From: Balanoglossus misakiensis
Taxonomy: Eukaryota; Animalia; Hemichordata
Assembly (NCBI GenBank): GCA_040954595.2
Contig: CM082598.2
Location: 4,975,097-5,039,096 of the forward strand
Length of the DNA stretch: 64,000 bases
Direction of reading: 5' to 3'
Position 1 is the first letter of the stretch. Each line of letters opens with the position of its first letter. Shown here one piece after another: positions 23,824-38,800 of this stretch. The translations under genes and the position numbers were made by a program. Below the pieces are notes generated by a model that was given only the letters and a program-made list of their open reading frames with translations, made no database searches and had not been told where the DNA came from.

Positions 23824-26800
23824 CTATGCCAAAGTCTCTGCTGGTTCATGGTCCATGGTTTCTAAGACATGCGCAACTTCTCGCCTTTGGGCTGGGGTCA
23901 TGTGTTGTGTTATGTGTACAATGGAGTCCATGGCAACCTCTGGATTCTCTTGCACCAAGCTAGGGATGAAAATAAAAGTTGATTAAATAAAGTAAATAAA
24001 TAATAGTTTCTTTATTTGAAATTAGGCTAGGAAATAAAAGTTAAAGAGCATATCTTGCCTTTTTAAATCTTATCAGAAGGTTAAAAAATGTTCAAAAGAA
24101 ATATACTATTTTCCAAAAGTGACAATATTTTTCGGGTATCGATTTCTATAATATTTGTTTTGTTCTCATAAAATGCTTCAAAATCCACCCCGTCCTGAAA
24201 AGTCCGAGTTCAGATTTGCTGCATTTTGGTCACGTGACGTGACGTCACAAGAGGAACCGGTCAGGTAGACCAGCTTTAGCGATGCTCACAGGTGTCATAC
24301 GGTGTTTTCGTGCTTTTCTGTGTAATACCACAATGGGGAAAGGAGTTGTTTGCCGTGGTTGCAGCAACACATTACCTAGACGGGAGTCACCCGTGTGAGT
24401 TCCACAAAAACGAATGAAAGTCTATGCCACGATCATCAACATCGTACGGTGGATATGAAGCCGGCGCGGCACCGGTGACGGCCGCGGCCGTAACTGTCAA
24501 TGCATGACCGTTGAACCATGGTTGAACGATAATCGGCCAGGTTCGAATCACGAGAAGACAATCCCCACCCATACAGGAAAATAGAAGCCTGTCAGCAGGA
24601 GAGGTCGACCAACAGATCGTTTATGCCCGGTATTGGTGTTCATACAATGTTCCAGCGACCGCGATTTACACAGTACTGTAGACAAGTAGTACATGTAGTA
24701 GGTGAACTGGTAGCTCTGCGTGGCAGGGCTGTGTTGTTACGGCGAGCCCTCCACCCACAGCCCTGCAAAGCTCCATAGACAAAACTGGCGAAACTCAACG
24801 GATTTGTATCGGCAGGGTTTCCTTACCGAAAACCGCCGATTTCGAACTCAAAACGTGGGTCGATCTTCGTTACTGGCCTCGATTACTCCAGTCGCTAGCA
24901 ATTTGAGCTCAACTCTACCTAATTGCTTGCGTTAAGCCCCATTTTCGATGTTAATGCGAGAAGACCCCTAAGAACGCAGCCATTTCGATCTCGTTGACCA
25001 ACGAGTTAACCCAGGAGCCTAAACATCGAAAATCAGGTAGAGTTGAGCTCAAATTGCTAGTGACTGGAGTAATCGAGGCCAGTAACGAAGATCGACCCAC
25101 GTTTTGAGTTCGAAATCGGCGGTTTTCGGTAAGGAAACCCTGCCGATACAAATCCGTTGAGTTTCGCCAGTTTTGTCTATGGAGCTTTGCAGGGCTGTGG
25201 GTGGAGGGCTCACCGTAACAACACAGCCCTGCCACGCAGAGCTAGTGAACTGGCAGGATGCGTAAACACAATTTTGCGTTGGCCGACATCATGTTGAGAT
25301 TGTTTATTATTATTCACGCTTCCGTCTGGCTAACCGGTACCCAGTGACCGCAAACTACGATAATTAAGGTTGACAGCAATCGATGTAAAAACTTGAACGT
25401 TCAAAATATTACCGTTACTATTTCACGTTTTTTTTCAGTCGTACCTTTGTATGGCTTCGGCTGAATGGTCGCCATCTTTCTTTTCTAATTTCTTTGTTTA
25501 CAAGTTTTACGTCGCGCTATGTCCGACTCATCGGCTCCAAAACACACTGTACAAATTTTGAAACAAAATATAATGAATAAATTTTGCCTCGTGTGAGTGA
25601 AAACTGTTTCCAAACTTAGATATTCGTGTGTATCAATGAAAATGTTTCATGCTTTGTGAGCGTGAGTGGGTCGGCCTGGCATGATCGCCTGTTGCTGTTG
25701 GTTGTATGGTTTCATTTTGTTATAATGCAGTATGAAGCATGTCAAGGTACTTCCATGATTACAGCGACAAGTCATAAATGTTTCTGTTTGTCATCACCAA
25801 AAAGGCATAGCTTACATGTAATTCAAAAGACAGAATTTTAGTGCTGGTAGTAAATATACATCGCGGCGCGATATGTGTCATCGCTGCCGATCGGCGCTGA
25901 TGGAGTTCCCTTGACCTTGTACAATAACACACGCGTATTTTGTCTGTTAAGGCAGTCATTGAAAATCGCCAAAAAGACCACGATCAGTTATCAATAAGTT
26001 GACATTGTCCAAGATAAGTAGATTTAGTCCCAACACTCTAGACCTAAACCTCTGGGCAATATTCGACGGTTTAATCGAGGCAGCAATCATTGTATGTGTA
26101 AGCTTAAGGTGCCTATACACATCCGCTGCCATTGCATGTTGTGTACTGCTTGCAATGCGAAGCCGTAGCCTAACCGGGCCGAGTTTTTTTTTTCATAATC
26201 GCATCTCCCCTAGATGATAAGGTAGACATATGTACGTTTATTTTGAAGGGTACGGGGGATACAGAGTTGTACCCAGGCAGACACAGCAAAGCCGTTTAGA
26301 TAATTCAACCACTGCAATGTACAGTGCTAAGTCTGTTGCAAACGTAAATGGTTCCTCTTGTGACGTCACGGAAATGGGCGTGGCCAAAACAGAACTTTTT
26401 TCTCAGGCCCTGAACATTTTTAAATTTAACATTTATTTATCCACATGAAATAAGTAAAAGGACACCAGCATTTAACACACAAGCCCAATTATTATTTATC
26501 CTCAAAAGTGTGTTTCGAGGTAAGATAGGCTCTTTAAGTAAAGTAAATAAATAAGTTTATTTGAAATGAGGCTAGGAAATAAAAGTTAAGTAAATAAATA
26601 AGTTTATTTATTTGAAACGAGGCTAGAAAGTTAAAGTTGATTAAGTAAAGTCGAGTTTAATCAGGGGGTAGCTTAGTTTATTCAGAGTGGGGTTGTTTAA
26701 TCAGCAAGTCTAAGTCTAACTCTAAGTCTAACTAAATACTGCTGTAGTCTAAGTTTAGATATATTTAAATTAAATATAATAATCCAATTTAATTTTCTTG

Positions 26801-29800
26801 TATAATTCATATCGTGTGTGAGACTAGAATGTGTGTGTGTATGAAGGGACATTCTGATCTATGCAGGATCTTTTCATATGCAGAAATTTTTTTGCATATG
26901 AAAAGATCTTGCATAGATTAGATTGAGTTGAGTGAAAATTGTTTCACCACTGCATCATGGGCATCCTAATCTATGCAAGATCTTTTCATATGCAGAATTG
27001 TTTTTGCATATGAAAAGATCTTGCATAGATTAGGATACCCATGATGCAGTGGTGAAACAATTTTCACTCAACTCAACCGCAGTAAGAGTTATATGTAGGA
27101 ATGTATAAGTATTTTTTCGATTTTGCTGGCAATGGTGAGGGTGGTGCGGGTGGTGGGAGGTTCTTTATTAATAACTTAGAAAATAAAATAGAAAATTTTT
27201 TTATTTCATAAATAACTTACAATATTTACAATGTTTGCTTTACTTGCTATCTAAACAGTGAAGGGGAGATCCTTGAAAACTCGCCTTCACTGTTTAAATA
27301 GCTTGCTTGCAGGCAAGTAAAGTAATTAAACATGAGGGGAAACTTTTTCAAAAAAATTTCTAAGTTCGAAATAACTTAGTTTTATTTTGAACTTAGAACA
27401 TTTTTTGAAAAAGTTTCCCCTCATGTTTAATTACTTTACTTGCAATTGCATGCAAGCAAGCTATTTAAACAGTGAAGGCGAGTTTTCAAAAATTTTCTAA
27501 GTTCAAAATAACTTAGTGTTATTTTGAACTTAGAAAATTTCCCCTACACTTGCCCTGAAATTTAAATTTCATGTTGCTTACTTTCTTAGTTGCTGAATTG
27601 CTTTGTCTCTCTTGACACATTTCAGATTGTCCAGAATGAGGCATCGTCCGGTCTCCTCCTTTTCCTTCTGTTGATCCAGCAGCCATTCAACCACAGCTTC
27701 GTTGTTATCCCACAGATAGCCCTGGAATACAAGTTGAATTTCAGCACTTTAGTTTTGTCATGGTTTTACAGGAAATGAAATAAAATGATATAAATTAAAA
27801 TACGATCATTGATGTGGTGTATTACTTGAAATGAATGAAAAATAAAATACTTAGGAATATTTTCAGGCTTTACTCTTTACTCTAATTAAAAAATACTTAG
27901 AGAAATTTTCAGGCTTTACTCTATTTAAAAAAAAAACAACTTAGAAATATTTTCAGGCTTTACTCTATACCCAAATAAAAAAAAAATACTTAGAAATATT
28001 TTCAGGCTTTACTCTATACTCTAATTCAAAAATACCGAGAGAAATTTTCAGGCTTTACTCTATCTAAAAAAAGAAATACTTAGAAATATTTTCAGGCTTT
28101 ACTCTATACTCTAATTAAAAAAAATACTTAAAAATATTTTCAGGCTTTACTCTATGCTCTAATTAAAAAAATACTTAGAAATATTTTCAGGGTTTACTCA
28201 CTACACTACAATTAACCACTAAATTTGGCGGCCATTTTGAATGTTAAATTTGAGACAATTATCCTATCATTTAAATTTACCAGCATTCAGGAAGTCTATG
28301 TAGATCCCTCACTACAATTAACCACTAAATTTGGCGGCCATTTTGAATGTTAAATTTGAGACAATTATCCTATCATTTAAAGTTACCAGCATTCAGAAAG
28401 TATATGTAGATCCCTCACTACAATTAACTACTAAATTTGGCGGCCATTTTGAATGTTAAATTTGAGACAATTATCCTATCATTTAAAGTTACCAGCATTC
28501 AGGAAGTCTATGTAGATCCCTCACTACAATTAACTACTAAATTTGGTGGCCATTTTGACTGTTAAATTTGAGACAATTATCCTATCATTTAAAGTTACCA
28601 GCATTCAGGAAGTCTATGTAGATCCCTCACTACAATTAACTACTAAATTTGGCGGCCATTTTGAATGTAAAATTTGAGACAATTATACTATCATTTAAAG
28701 TAGATCCCTCACTACAATTAACTACTAAATTTGGTGGCCATTTTGACTGTTAAATTTGAGACAATTATCCTATCATTTAAAGTTACCAGCATTCAGAAAG
28801 TATATGTAGATCCCTCACTACAATTAACTACTAAATTTGGTGGCCATTTTGACTGTTAAATTTGAGACAATTATCCTATCATTTAAAGTTACCAGCATTC
28901 AGGAAGTCTATGTAGATCCCTCACTACAATTAACTACTAAATTTGGTGGCCATTTTGAATGTAAAATTTGAAACAATTATACTATCATTTAAATTTACCA
29001 GCATTGTTCATCCCTCACTACAATTAACCACTAAATTTGGCGGCCATTTTGAATGTAAAATTTGAAACATTTATACTATCTTTTACAATTACAAGCATTC
29101 AGAAAGTCTATGTAGATACCTCACTACAATTAACCACTAAATTTGGCGGCCATTTTGAATGTAAAATTTGAAACATTTATACTATCTTTTACAATTACAA
29201 GCATTCAGAAAGTCTATGTTGATCCCTCACTACAATTAACCACTAAGATTTGGTGACCATTTTGAATGTTAAATTTGAGACAATTATCCTATCATTTAAA
29301 GTTACCAGCGTTCAGAAAGTCTATGTAGATCCCTCACTGCAATTAACCACTAAATTTGGTGGCCATTTTGAATGTTTAATTTGAGACAATTATCCTATCA
29401 TTTAAAGTTATCAGCATTCAGAAAGTCTATGTAGATCCCTCACTGCAATTAACCACTAAATTTGGCGGCCATTTTGAATGTTAAATGTGGGGGCCTTTCT
29501 GTGTGTGTGTCAGATTGAAACTAATTCAGTCTTACCTGAACAGTACCCTTGGATTCAGTAAACCATCGTCTGAGCATTGAGTTGATTTCACCTTGACTTA
29601 ACTCACTGCAATGCAAAAAAAAAAAAAAAAAAAAAAGTATAACAACATCAACAGTTAAACAAAAATACTGACTTGTCTATATGTAATAGCCACTTTCACG
29701 ACCCCTGTGTAATCTTTACATCCTGGCATTCTGATTTACTGACCATTGAAACAACACAATCATTCTCACATGTTAACTATACATCTACATGTACATTAAC

Positions 29801-32800
29801 ATAACCGGTGTCTTGTATCAAACATAATTAATAGAATAAGGGCAGCAAGAGAGAGACTTTGTCCCTTTAAAATTCAGCCAAGTGTGACAGAAATCTACCA
29901 GGTGAACAAGGCCACTCAAAACACAAAGCAGACCCTAACTTCCCATCCATGCTGACTTAGAACAACTGTGAGAGATGTAACTTACTTGTTTGCGGCCATG
30001 ATCTTTGCCTTGACACCGTCCTCAAGCAGCAACCGGCGTAGACGCCAATAGAAGAACTTCCTTGACGTTTTCCATGGTTGGATATCCTGGAAAACAATGA
30101 TATATGCATGATTGTATTTACTCTAACAATATCACTGGCTGGTAAATACTTTCCCCTATTTGCTATTTTTCCAACACTCTTTTCTTTGTATCAGAATTTG
30201 AAACTTGTAGTGATGTCTTCCAAGTCGTACTGACATAACATGACATATAGCAATGTGTATACATATACATGTACATGTATATAGTGAATTTCTCAAGTAG
30301 CACAAGACAAATAAAATCATATACTGAGCTCAATATTCCTATTTTCTAACAGTCAGCAAACTGAATCATATTGACCTCAGTCACAAGAACAGTCTGTTCA
30401 CTGACTCAATTTCTGTCTTAGTAAGTCTATCAACTATGAGAATTTTGAATCTCTCCTAACAAGTAACAGACCACATACCCATGGTGAAATCTATAAATCT
30501 GAGTCTCAAATTTCTAAGTTCAGCACCATTTTTATCTTTGTGAATTATCAACGAGCGTGGAAGTCTATTACAGATGTGATACCAAGTAGCAGCACACACT
30601 TACTGTGATGACACCTTTCTCTTGCATCCTGCCGGCCGTGTCGTGGAGATCAGCAAAGGTGACAGACACTGTGTGGTAGATTGGCAGTAATTTCTCCTCT
30701 CTCTTCTTGACTTTCTTCTCCAGATCTATGGGCAATGCAACAAGACATTACTAGTAGTGCAAACTCACACCCATGCAAAGACAGACAGACAAACAGAAGT
30801 CATATTCAGTCAGCCAAACAGACATCTAGAGACAGTCATACATACATACATACATACATACATACATACATACATACATACATACATACATACATACATA
30901 CATACATACATACATACATGTACATACATACATACATACATACATACATACATACAGACAGACAGACAGACAGACACCTATATGCATACGGTACAACAAC
31001 ATAAAACATATTTCTAGTAAGAAACTTCAAAGACAATTCTTAAAAAAACATATATGGAACAGCTTCCAAAGAAAACTGTCATATTCAAAAGTTCACATAA
31101 ACCTAGACCATATTTTTTTAGACCAAGACATTTGGACACCAGAATTCTCTGCATACTTACCAGCTTTCTTTTCTGGTGACAGTTCAGGCTGTGATAATTC
31201 CTCCATCAGCTTGGCGTACTCTGGATCCAGTCTTCTCATGGTCTTCACAAGATCCTTCTGCCTGTATTTGATTTCTACAGTTCCTTCTGCCTCAAGAACA
31301 CCACCCCTGAAGGAAACAAAAGGAAGTCTAAAATGTTACCAAGACTTGTAAATGCGCAAAGTGTAAAACACTTTATTTTCGCGAGCAATTAATTTCCGCC
31401 AAATACGCGAGAGCCAAAATAGCGTGAAAATAAAAAGTCGCGTAAATTGTTTTTGAAGATAACGATGCAGTGAATGAAATAAGAGAACGGGAAAATTAAT
31501 ACTCGCGAAACAGTGGCCTCTCTCGATATTGCGAAAATTCTAACTCGCGAAAATAAAGTGGTTTACAGTATTTCAACAGGAAATCATGCAGTGTTTTTGC
31601 AAAAGAGGGTAAATGGATGTCACATGGGTGTTACTGTTAGAATCTCCACAAATTCAAAATAGTGTAATATGTCGATGAAGGATACGGAAAAGATTCAAGT
31701 ATTTTATTGATTGAAAATAAGGTAAAAGTGGCGGCTACTGGGCTTTAACCCGTTACCACAATGGTTCAGTCCAAACCCATTCTTTTCTATGGTACGTTTG
31801 GACCTCTTCAGAGCAAAATGGGGGTAAAAGGGTTAACTACTGACCTGGACTCTGGGTCTGCATACATTTCCATTCTCATCTCATTGATTGTCGGATCGAT
31901 GACCACCCATGAACCACCACGCAACTCGGCATTGGGAGGGATGTAGATCATAACAGGTTGCTTGTACTCGGACAAACCATCAACAATGTAGGAGCCAAAC
32001 TTCAAGACTTGCTCGTACATGTCTGCAAAGATTGAAGTAACACATTTGTTAAAGATATACGGTCACCCCTGTAGGATACACCATGGAAATGGGGACGGGA
32101 GATATTGGTAATCAAAGATGCTTTATTGGCCTGTAAGTAATGGCTGGTAGGAAGCCATGTTGGATCCTTCTAGTATGCAAATACATGTCAAAGGTCATGT
32201 GGACATATGGAGTTCTCATTCGTATAACGGAACAGTCAAGACATTACAACCCCCAAACAGCGTATTTGAGTGTTCTAGGAACATATGATGGCTCTCTTTT
32301 TCCGCGTGTGCCACCTACTGAAAATCTGGGATTGGCTAGATCTCAAATTGCCATGGTAACAGTAGCTAAATTTGCATAGGTGACTGTATACCTTTAATGT
32401 TGTAGAATAAAACAAATAGCCAATTAGAAAGCATTTGTAAGCGAAAGCAAAGTTCCAGAGACCAGCACCATTGAATAAAAGAAGATTGACTTTGTTGAAA
32501 ATATTGCCATCTCCTTTAACTACTGTAAAACACTTTATTTTTGCAAGCAATTAATTTTCGCCAAATACGCGTGAGTCAAAATAGCGTGAAAATAAAAAGT
32601 CGCGTAAATTTTTCTTGAAGATAACGATGCAGTGAATGAAACAAGAGAACGCGAAAATTAAAACTCGCGAAACAGTAGCTTCTCTCAATATCGAGAAAAT
32701 TTCAACTCGCGAAAATAAAGTGTATTACAGTATTCGCCACCATGGTTTACAGTAGTTGACCTTTCAAAGAAATAGGGGGAAATCATTTTTACCTTTCATG

Positions 32801-35800
32801 CCACCTGAGAAACCTCTCCAGTTGGCAAACACAATCAAAGGCAAGCCTTCTCGGTTGAAATCTTTGATCACCTGTGCGGTCTTGTACGCAGAATCTGGGA
32901 ACCACACTTGACCTGCCTGTGACACCACTTTTGCCTCTGAATCGGGGTTACCGGGGTCGGCCGGAATCTCAACATCCACCGTCCTTGTTTCCACGGCAAC
33001 TACTCCCATAGGGATGCCACCAAGTCTATCAGAAAACAAATTAAATACAAGTTAAATATGAAGACGTCTGCACTTTCTCCTTTGTTTTGTTTGTTTGTTA
33101 CTGTTGATGATGGTCAATGGTCATGATGATGATGAAGTTCCACAGACCAGAGCTACTGAATAAAAGAATGGTGATTTATGATTGGGAGGGATATAGACTA
33201 TGACAGGTTGCTTGTTTTTTAATCAAAATTAAGTGAATTAATCCTTGATTTCTATGTACAGTATTAAATCAAACCAAATTCACAAAATCTTCATCCGCTA
33301 TAAAAGTATATGTTGTGAAGAATAAAAAGCAAATCGACACAGCTATGCTTCATATTCTTAACCATGAATCAAAATAAAGTGAATTATCTCAAGATACCTC
33401 AAAAACAGTTCAATACTCACTTTGCTCTGCCACACACAACAGTCTGCGCCCACGGTGCCATGATTTCCATGAATGAATCCTTATCAAAGAAACCACTTTG
33501 CCATTCACCAGATTTATCTGTTCAACAACAAGAAACACATTCAAATACTTTGTCATTCTGCTGGTATGTGAATATTCATCATTGATAATGATTTGTTCTT
33601 ATCAAATTTTAAAAATAACACTATGCTAATTAATACACACTGAGAATTCATCTACCTCCTGTATTGCATTAGATACATTCTCTTACTATAAAAATTTCTT
33701 TCGTAACACTTTATTTCTTAAGTTTTCAAAGCACATTTTAGATGTCCGATTGTTATTATAAAGATGTAATGTTTTTAATGTTGATGGGTGCTTACCTGGA
33801 TTGAGTCTGCCATCTAACATATGTCTTGGATCATATGGTTCCTTGGTGGGATAGAACATGATTTCTCGCTCAACTGGATCCACACTTGGAGTAATTGGAA
33901 CCAATTCACTGCGATTCTGCCAACAGTAAGAAGCAGAGTTAGAAATCTGCAACACAGTGGCCAGTCAAGGGAATTTCCTAAACCGGCCTTTATGGACAGG
34001 TGGTCTTTATAGACAGGTCAATTAATGCACACGTAAGTTGCACAGGGACTGTAGCATAGTGAGGGGGTCACTACATAAACAAAGGTTTAACTGTAAATCA
34101 TACAGAATGGTCCTCTCTCTTACCTTTGGCATGTAGGACAACCATCTTATCATGGTCAGGACACCACTGAAGTCATCTTTAGCTGTGTCATGTGTTACAC
34201 CATTGTTGTGCATAATTTGTACTCCTCCTAGCTGATTGTTTGATGTGTACACTTGACGACCGAGTACCTGGCAATCAAAAAGTGGTCAGCATATCAGCTT
34301 TCACATGTACAGATTGTTGACAAGTGCCAAAAATTTAGTGCGCCAATATATGGAACGAACAAGTACAAGAAATTATGTGCTATACAAAACAAACATTTGG
34401 AAGAAAATTCGCAAAAATTTTAGTAAGGTATGAGTAACTTTCATGGAAAATCATCTCAATATTTCGACGGTTTGGGTGTATTCACTTAAAGGTATATGAT
34501 CACCTATGCAAATTTAGCCACAGTTACCAAGGAAAGTTAAGATTTTCAGAGGGTGGCCATGTGTAAAATTTACACTACCACAGTCATTTGAAGACATGCA
34601 CTTATATCCATATATGGGTATCTATAAATTAGATGTAATTGTATCTCTTTAAAGTTTCTACTGAAGACGTTTTCTTCAGTTCTGTAATCTCTATGGAAAT
34701 TGTTGCATCAGTAAAATTTACAAACCTTATTGAGGGCTGTGGCTCCAGTCAGTATAATTGGCGAGTTTTCAACTTGAACAATCCGCTGGCCAAGACGGAC
34801 AAGATATGATCCAATACCCACAACTCTGCATGTAACCTGAGAAGGAAAACCAAAATATACTTTAATAAAGAACATTCAGGATTATAGAATTCTACAGGAT
34901 TAGCGTCAAAAACTACAAAGCAATCTATTGACATTCATAGAAATTCTGTAACTAAACTTAGAATTCTATAGAAATAGGGCCAAAAATTATAAAGAAATCT
35001 GTAGACATTCATAGAAATTCTGTAACTGAACTTAGAATTCTATAGACATAGGGCCAAAAACTACAAAGAAATCTATAGACATCCATAGAAATTCTGTAAC
35101 TAAACTTAGAATTCTATAGAAATAGGGCCAAAAACTACAAAGAAATCTATAGACATCCATAGAAATTCTGTAACTAAACTTAGAATTCTATAGAAATAGG
35201 GCCAAAAACTACAAAGAAATCTATAGACATCCATAGAAATGCTGTAAACTTTGATAAAATTCTACGGGGTATAGAATTCTATACATGTTTATAGCATGTT
35301 TCTGTAAGGAGGATTTTTTCTGTTTTTGCATCACAGTTGTAATCTTCCACTTTTGATCAGTAGACAGATGCTTAACCTATTCACCCCCGTTTTCACTTTA
35401 AGAGGTCCAACCTTACCATAGAAAACAATGGATTTGGACAGAACCATGGTGGTGAATGGGTTAAAGACTTACCAGACTCATGGTGATAACTTCTTCATAA
35501 GCTATGGATGACTCTCCAGCTATCATTCCACTACCTCGCAAATTCTCAACACCAAGACCATCTTCTTTGCCTGCAAATTTATACAATCACATTATACATT
35601 AAAACAAGTATTTTGACAAGTTTATCCCATAAATATTAATTATACTTTTTCTTTTAATGATATCGCATCATTTGGGCTGGGAAAAGACAAACTCTCCACA
35701 CAAGATTGCATTGAAAATTGCTAGTCTAGCATTCTGTTTTTCTACCAGTTTCTGTCATCATTGAAAATTCTCTCATGGCTCAGCTAATGCACTATTAACA

Positions 35801-38800
35801 AATCTTATGTTAAAGGGACAAAGTCTCTCTCTCGCTGCCCTTTTTTCCATTAATTATATTTGATAAGAGACAACGTTTGTTATTCTACATGTGGATATAT
35901 AGTGAATGAACGTTCAACCACACACAACTTCCATCCCTCTTATAGACAGGAGAGTGAAAAAACTCGCCAAAATGAATAATCGTTCTTTACCATTTATTCA
36001 TTTTGGGCGAGTTTTTACTCTCATATCCTACAAACAAGATGGAAGTTATGTGTGGTTGAATGTTGATTCACTATATATCCACATGTAGAATAACATAAAC
36101 GGCGTCTTGTATCAAACATAATTACCCATTACAGATAGCTTACCAATGACATCAGTGATCTTGTATCTGGATTCCCCTTCGTCTTCAATCAACTCAGCAT
36201 GGACAGAATTGGAAGCACTTAGTTTCTTGAAATCCGCCGGTGTCAAGTACAGGTACTTGAATCCCTGAGTGAAACAAAACAAAAGTTATAAACAATCTCT
36301 CTTCATGAAAATTTTAAAGGGAAGCGGTCGTCGCGCCGCACTTGTTTGTTTATAAACATTACAGTTCATCTATAAATCCCTGAAATTAGAGAATTCTTAG
36401 AATGAACGAAGCAGCCAACTGTAGCATAGACTGGGCATGGCAGCAACTGAAGATCCTAGTAGGTCGTTGGGACTGCATTGGGGTTTGTGCTGGCATGGGA
36501 GAACATATTCTCATCAAGGGGGGACACCCACGTTAACTTGTTCACATTTAAACATACGCACAGCCACAATCAGAGGTTGATCAGATGTTTACAAGTGTAT
36601 ATTCATCAGTGAGCATGATTAAAATGGACCAAGTTTGAAACCACAGTCATGAAAATAATGTGAAAAATGGCAGCCACTGAGGGGTTTACTTACTTTATCA
36701 GGTTCAGTTGGATCTTCCCAGGCTATCTTATAGAGGTGCTTAACTTCTTCCGCCAGACCAATCCTGGCCCCACTGTTGGCTGCTATGTAGATGCGTGGTA
36801 TTCCTAGAGATCTGGCCATCTCAGATGCTCTCTGAAAAAATGCAGCGTGATAAATAAATTATTACTAAATTTACAATCTCAATTATTACTTTTCAACAAA
36901 GCCCATATACCAGTACAGTCAAACCTGTATATAAAGTGTCCACCTCTATATAGAATCCACATATGTTTTGCCTCTCATTCTTGTAGTTTCCTGTTAATTA
37001 CACGAAGTGATCGATTTTCTAACTGTGCATGTGACCAAAGGCAAACATTACTCAATATCTACAGCCAAACTTCAACATTTAGGTTATTTTGGATATCAAC
37101 ACTTAATTTTTCACACTGAATTTTCATTTAGGGGAGGGCGATGGGATTTGGAGGGGAGGGCGATGAGGGTTTAGATCCAAACGAAAGAATTTTTTTTGTT
37201 GAGCTTATGTGACAATCTGAGATGGTTCCTTATGGTTATGTGTCCATGTCACGAAATGTGGGTCTTAAACACAAGAGTGGATTTCACAGAAGGTAGTCGT
37301 ACCTTATACAGCAGATCTTCCTGAGGTCCAAACGATCCAATGACAAACGTGATGTCATTAGCAATGACAATTACATCTCGACCGTCGGGGTACTCGGGCG
37401 TCCGGAGTGTCATCTTCCATGCCACCATACCGATCTGATTTTCACCCTGGAGTCTGTTCATTGGTGCCAAGTTGCCTTGACTGTCAAGCACCAACTCCAT
37501 ACAGCTCACCTAAAGGACAACAGGGATGTATAGATATACAGTGAAACCTGTCATTATTATAGACACTTCCCTAAGCAGGACACTTCACAGTGAAACCTGT
37601 CATTATTATAGACACTTCCCTAAGCAGGACACCTCTCTATTAAAGACAGATTTTTCAAGACAAAAGTCACAGAATATTACCTGTCTATTAAGGACACCTC
37701 CCTATTAAGGACACATTTACCAGTCCCTGAGGTGTCCTTAATACACAGGTTTCACTGTATTGACCTGAGGGTAACGACATTTTGTTTTCCTGAGAGACTC
37801 GCAGGCTGAGGGGACACAAATATACACATTTATCCAAATATGGCCATTGCCGTCTTAGTTCACGTTTTATGGAGTGCGCATACATACAATGTAGATTGTG
37901 TTTTACATCTACATAGCAAGGCTACAGTTTCCGAGACTTTTAAAACCTGACAGAGTAACAGTTGACACTTAACTCTTTTTATGAAATTTGGCAGTTACAT
38001 GTACTTTGACAAACACAAAATCCTGAGTGATGCAATTGTGTGACTTTCACAAATAAATAATAATAAATGCTACTAACCAGTTCACTTGGCAGGAAATCAC
38101 TGGAACGCTTGGAGTTGTATATCTCCCATGTCTTCTTCATTGCCTGTCAAAATAAATACATGTACGTAGGCAGACTTTTTAGTGGTGATTTTACTTGAAA
38201 ATTGTAACTTTTAATTCTGTTGTTACAGTTCGTATTAAAGCGCGTAGCTCGTCTCACACGCATGTTCCAGCTGTAGCCGCTGGTTACAGACGTTTAGTGA
38301 ACAGTCAATCCCATAAGGCAGTGCTAAGTCCTAACAACAGACAAGATGGCGGCGACCATAATCTGTGTCGGAGATCGGGAAAAGACACTAGCTTGGGTGA
38401 AAAGGAGGGACAAGACCAGAATCTACTTATACGGTGCACATGAAATTTGGAAGGAAGCGAAGGCAGTCCACTTCTTGAATGCATCAAACGGAAAATTTGC
38501 TGGGAAGTTACGCGCATGCGTGTGAGACGATCTATTGCCTTTTAAATGTAGTTGCCACCCTCAAACAAACATGATTCAGAGAAATGCAACCAGCTGTAAT
38601 AATCATGAATTCAACATCTGAAACGATCAGCCGTGAGTTGATAAAAAGTCAATACTGTAAAACACTTTATTTTCGAGAGTTGAAATTTTCGCGATATCAA
38701 GAGAGGCCACCATTTTGTGAGTATTAATTTTCGTGTTCTCTTATTTCATTCACTGCATCGTTATCTTCAAAACAAAATTACGTGATTTTCACGCTATTTA

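Noticed and set aside
24720-25235. Two near-identical convergent ORFs ([13 protein letters not shown]...) suggesting a duplicated gene pair
   Set aside because: They are the two 210-bp TIRs of one fold-back element read on opposite strands, start at GTG and show no recognisable protein.
28201-29487. Regularly spaced repeats resembling a CRISPR array (also 27845-28200 and 34930-35245)
   Set aside because: The units are contiguous head-to-tail copies with no unique spacers, there are no cas genes, and they lie in spliceosomal introns.
29615-29636. Poly(A) run suggesting a retroposon tail
   Set aside because: On the ACC sense strand it is the poly-U polypyrimidine tract of the acceptor at 29605; no TSD or element body is seen.
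30735-31036. HTYI/CMYV repeat ORFs (and the similar ORFs at 57867-58233)
   Set aside because: Translations of (CATA)n and (ACACA)n microsatellites.
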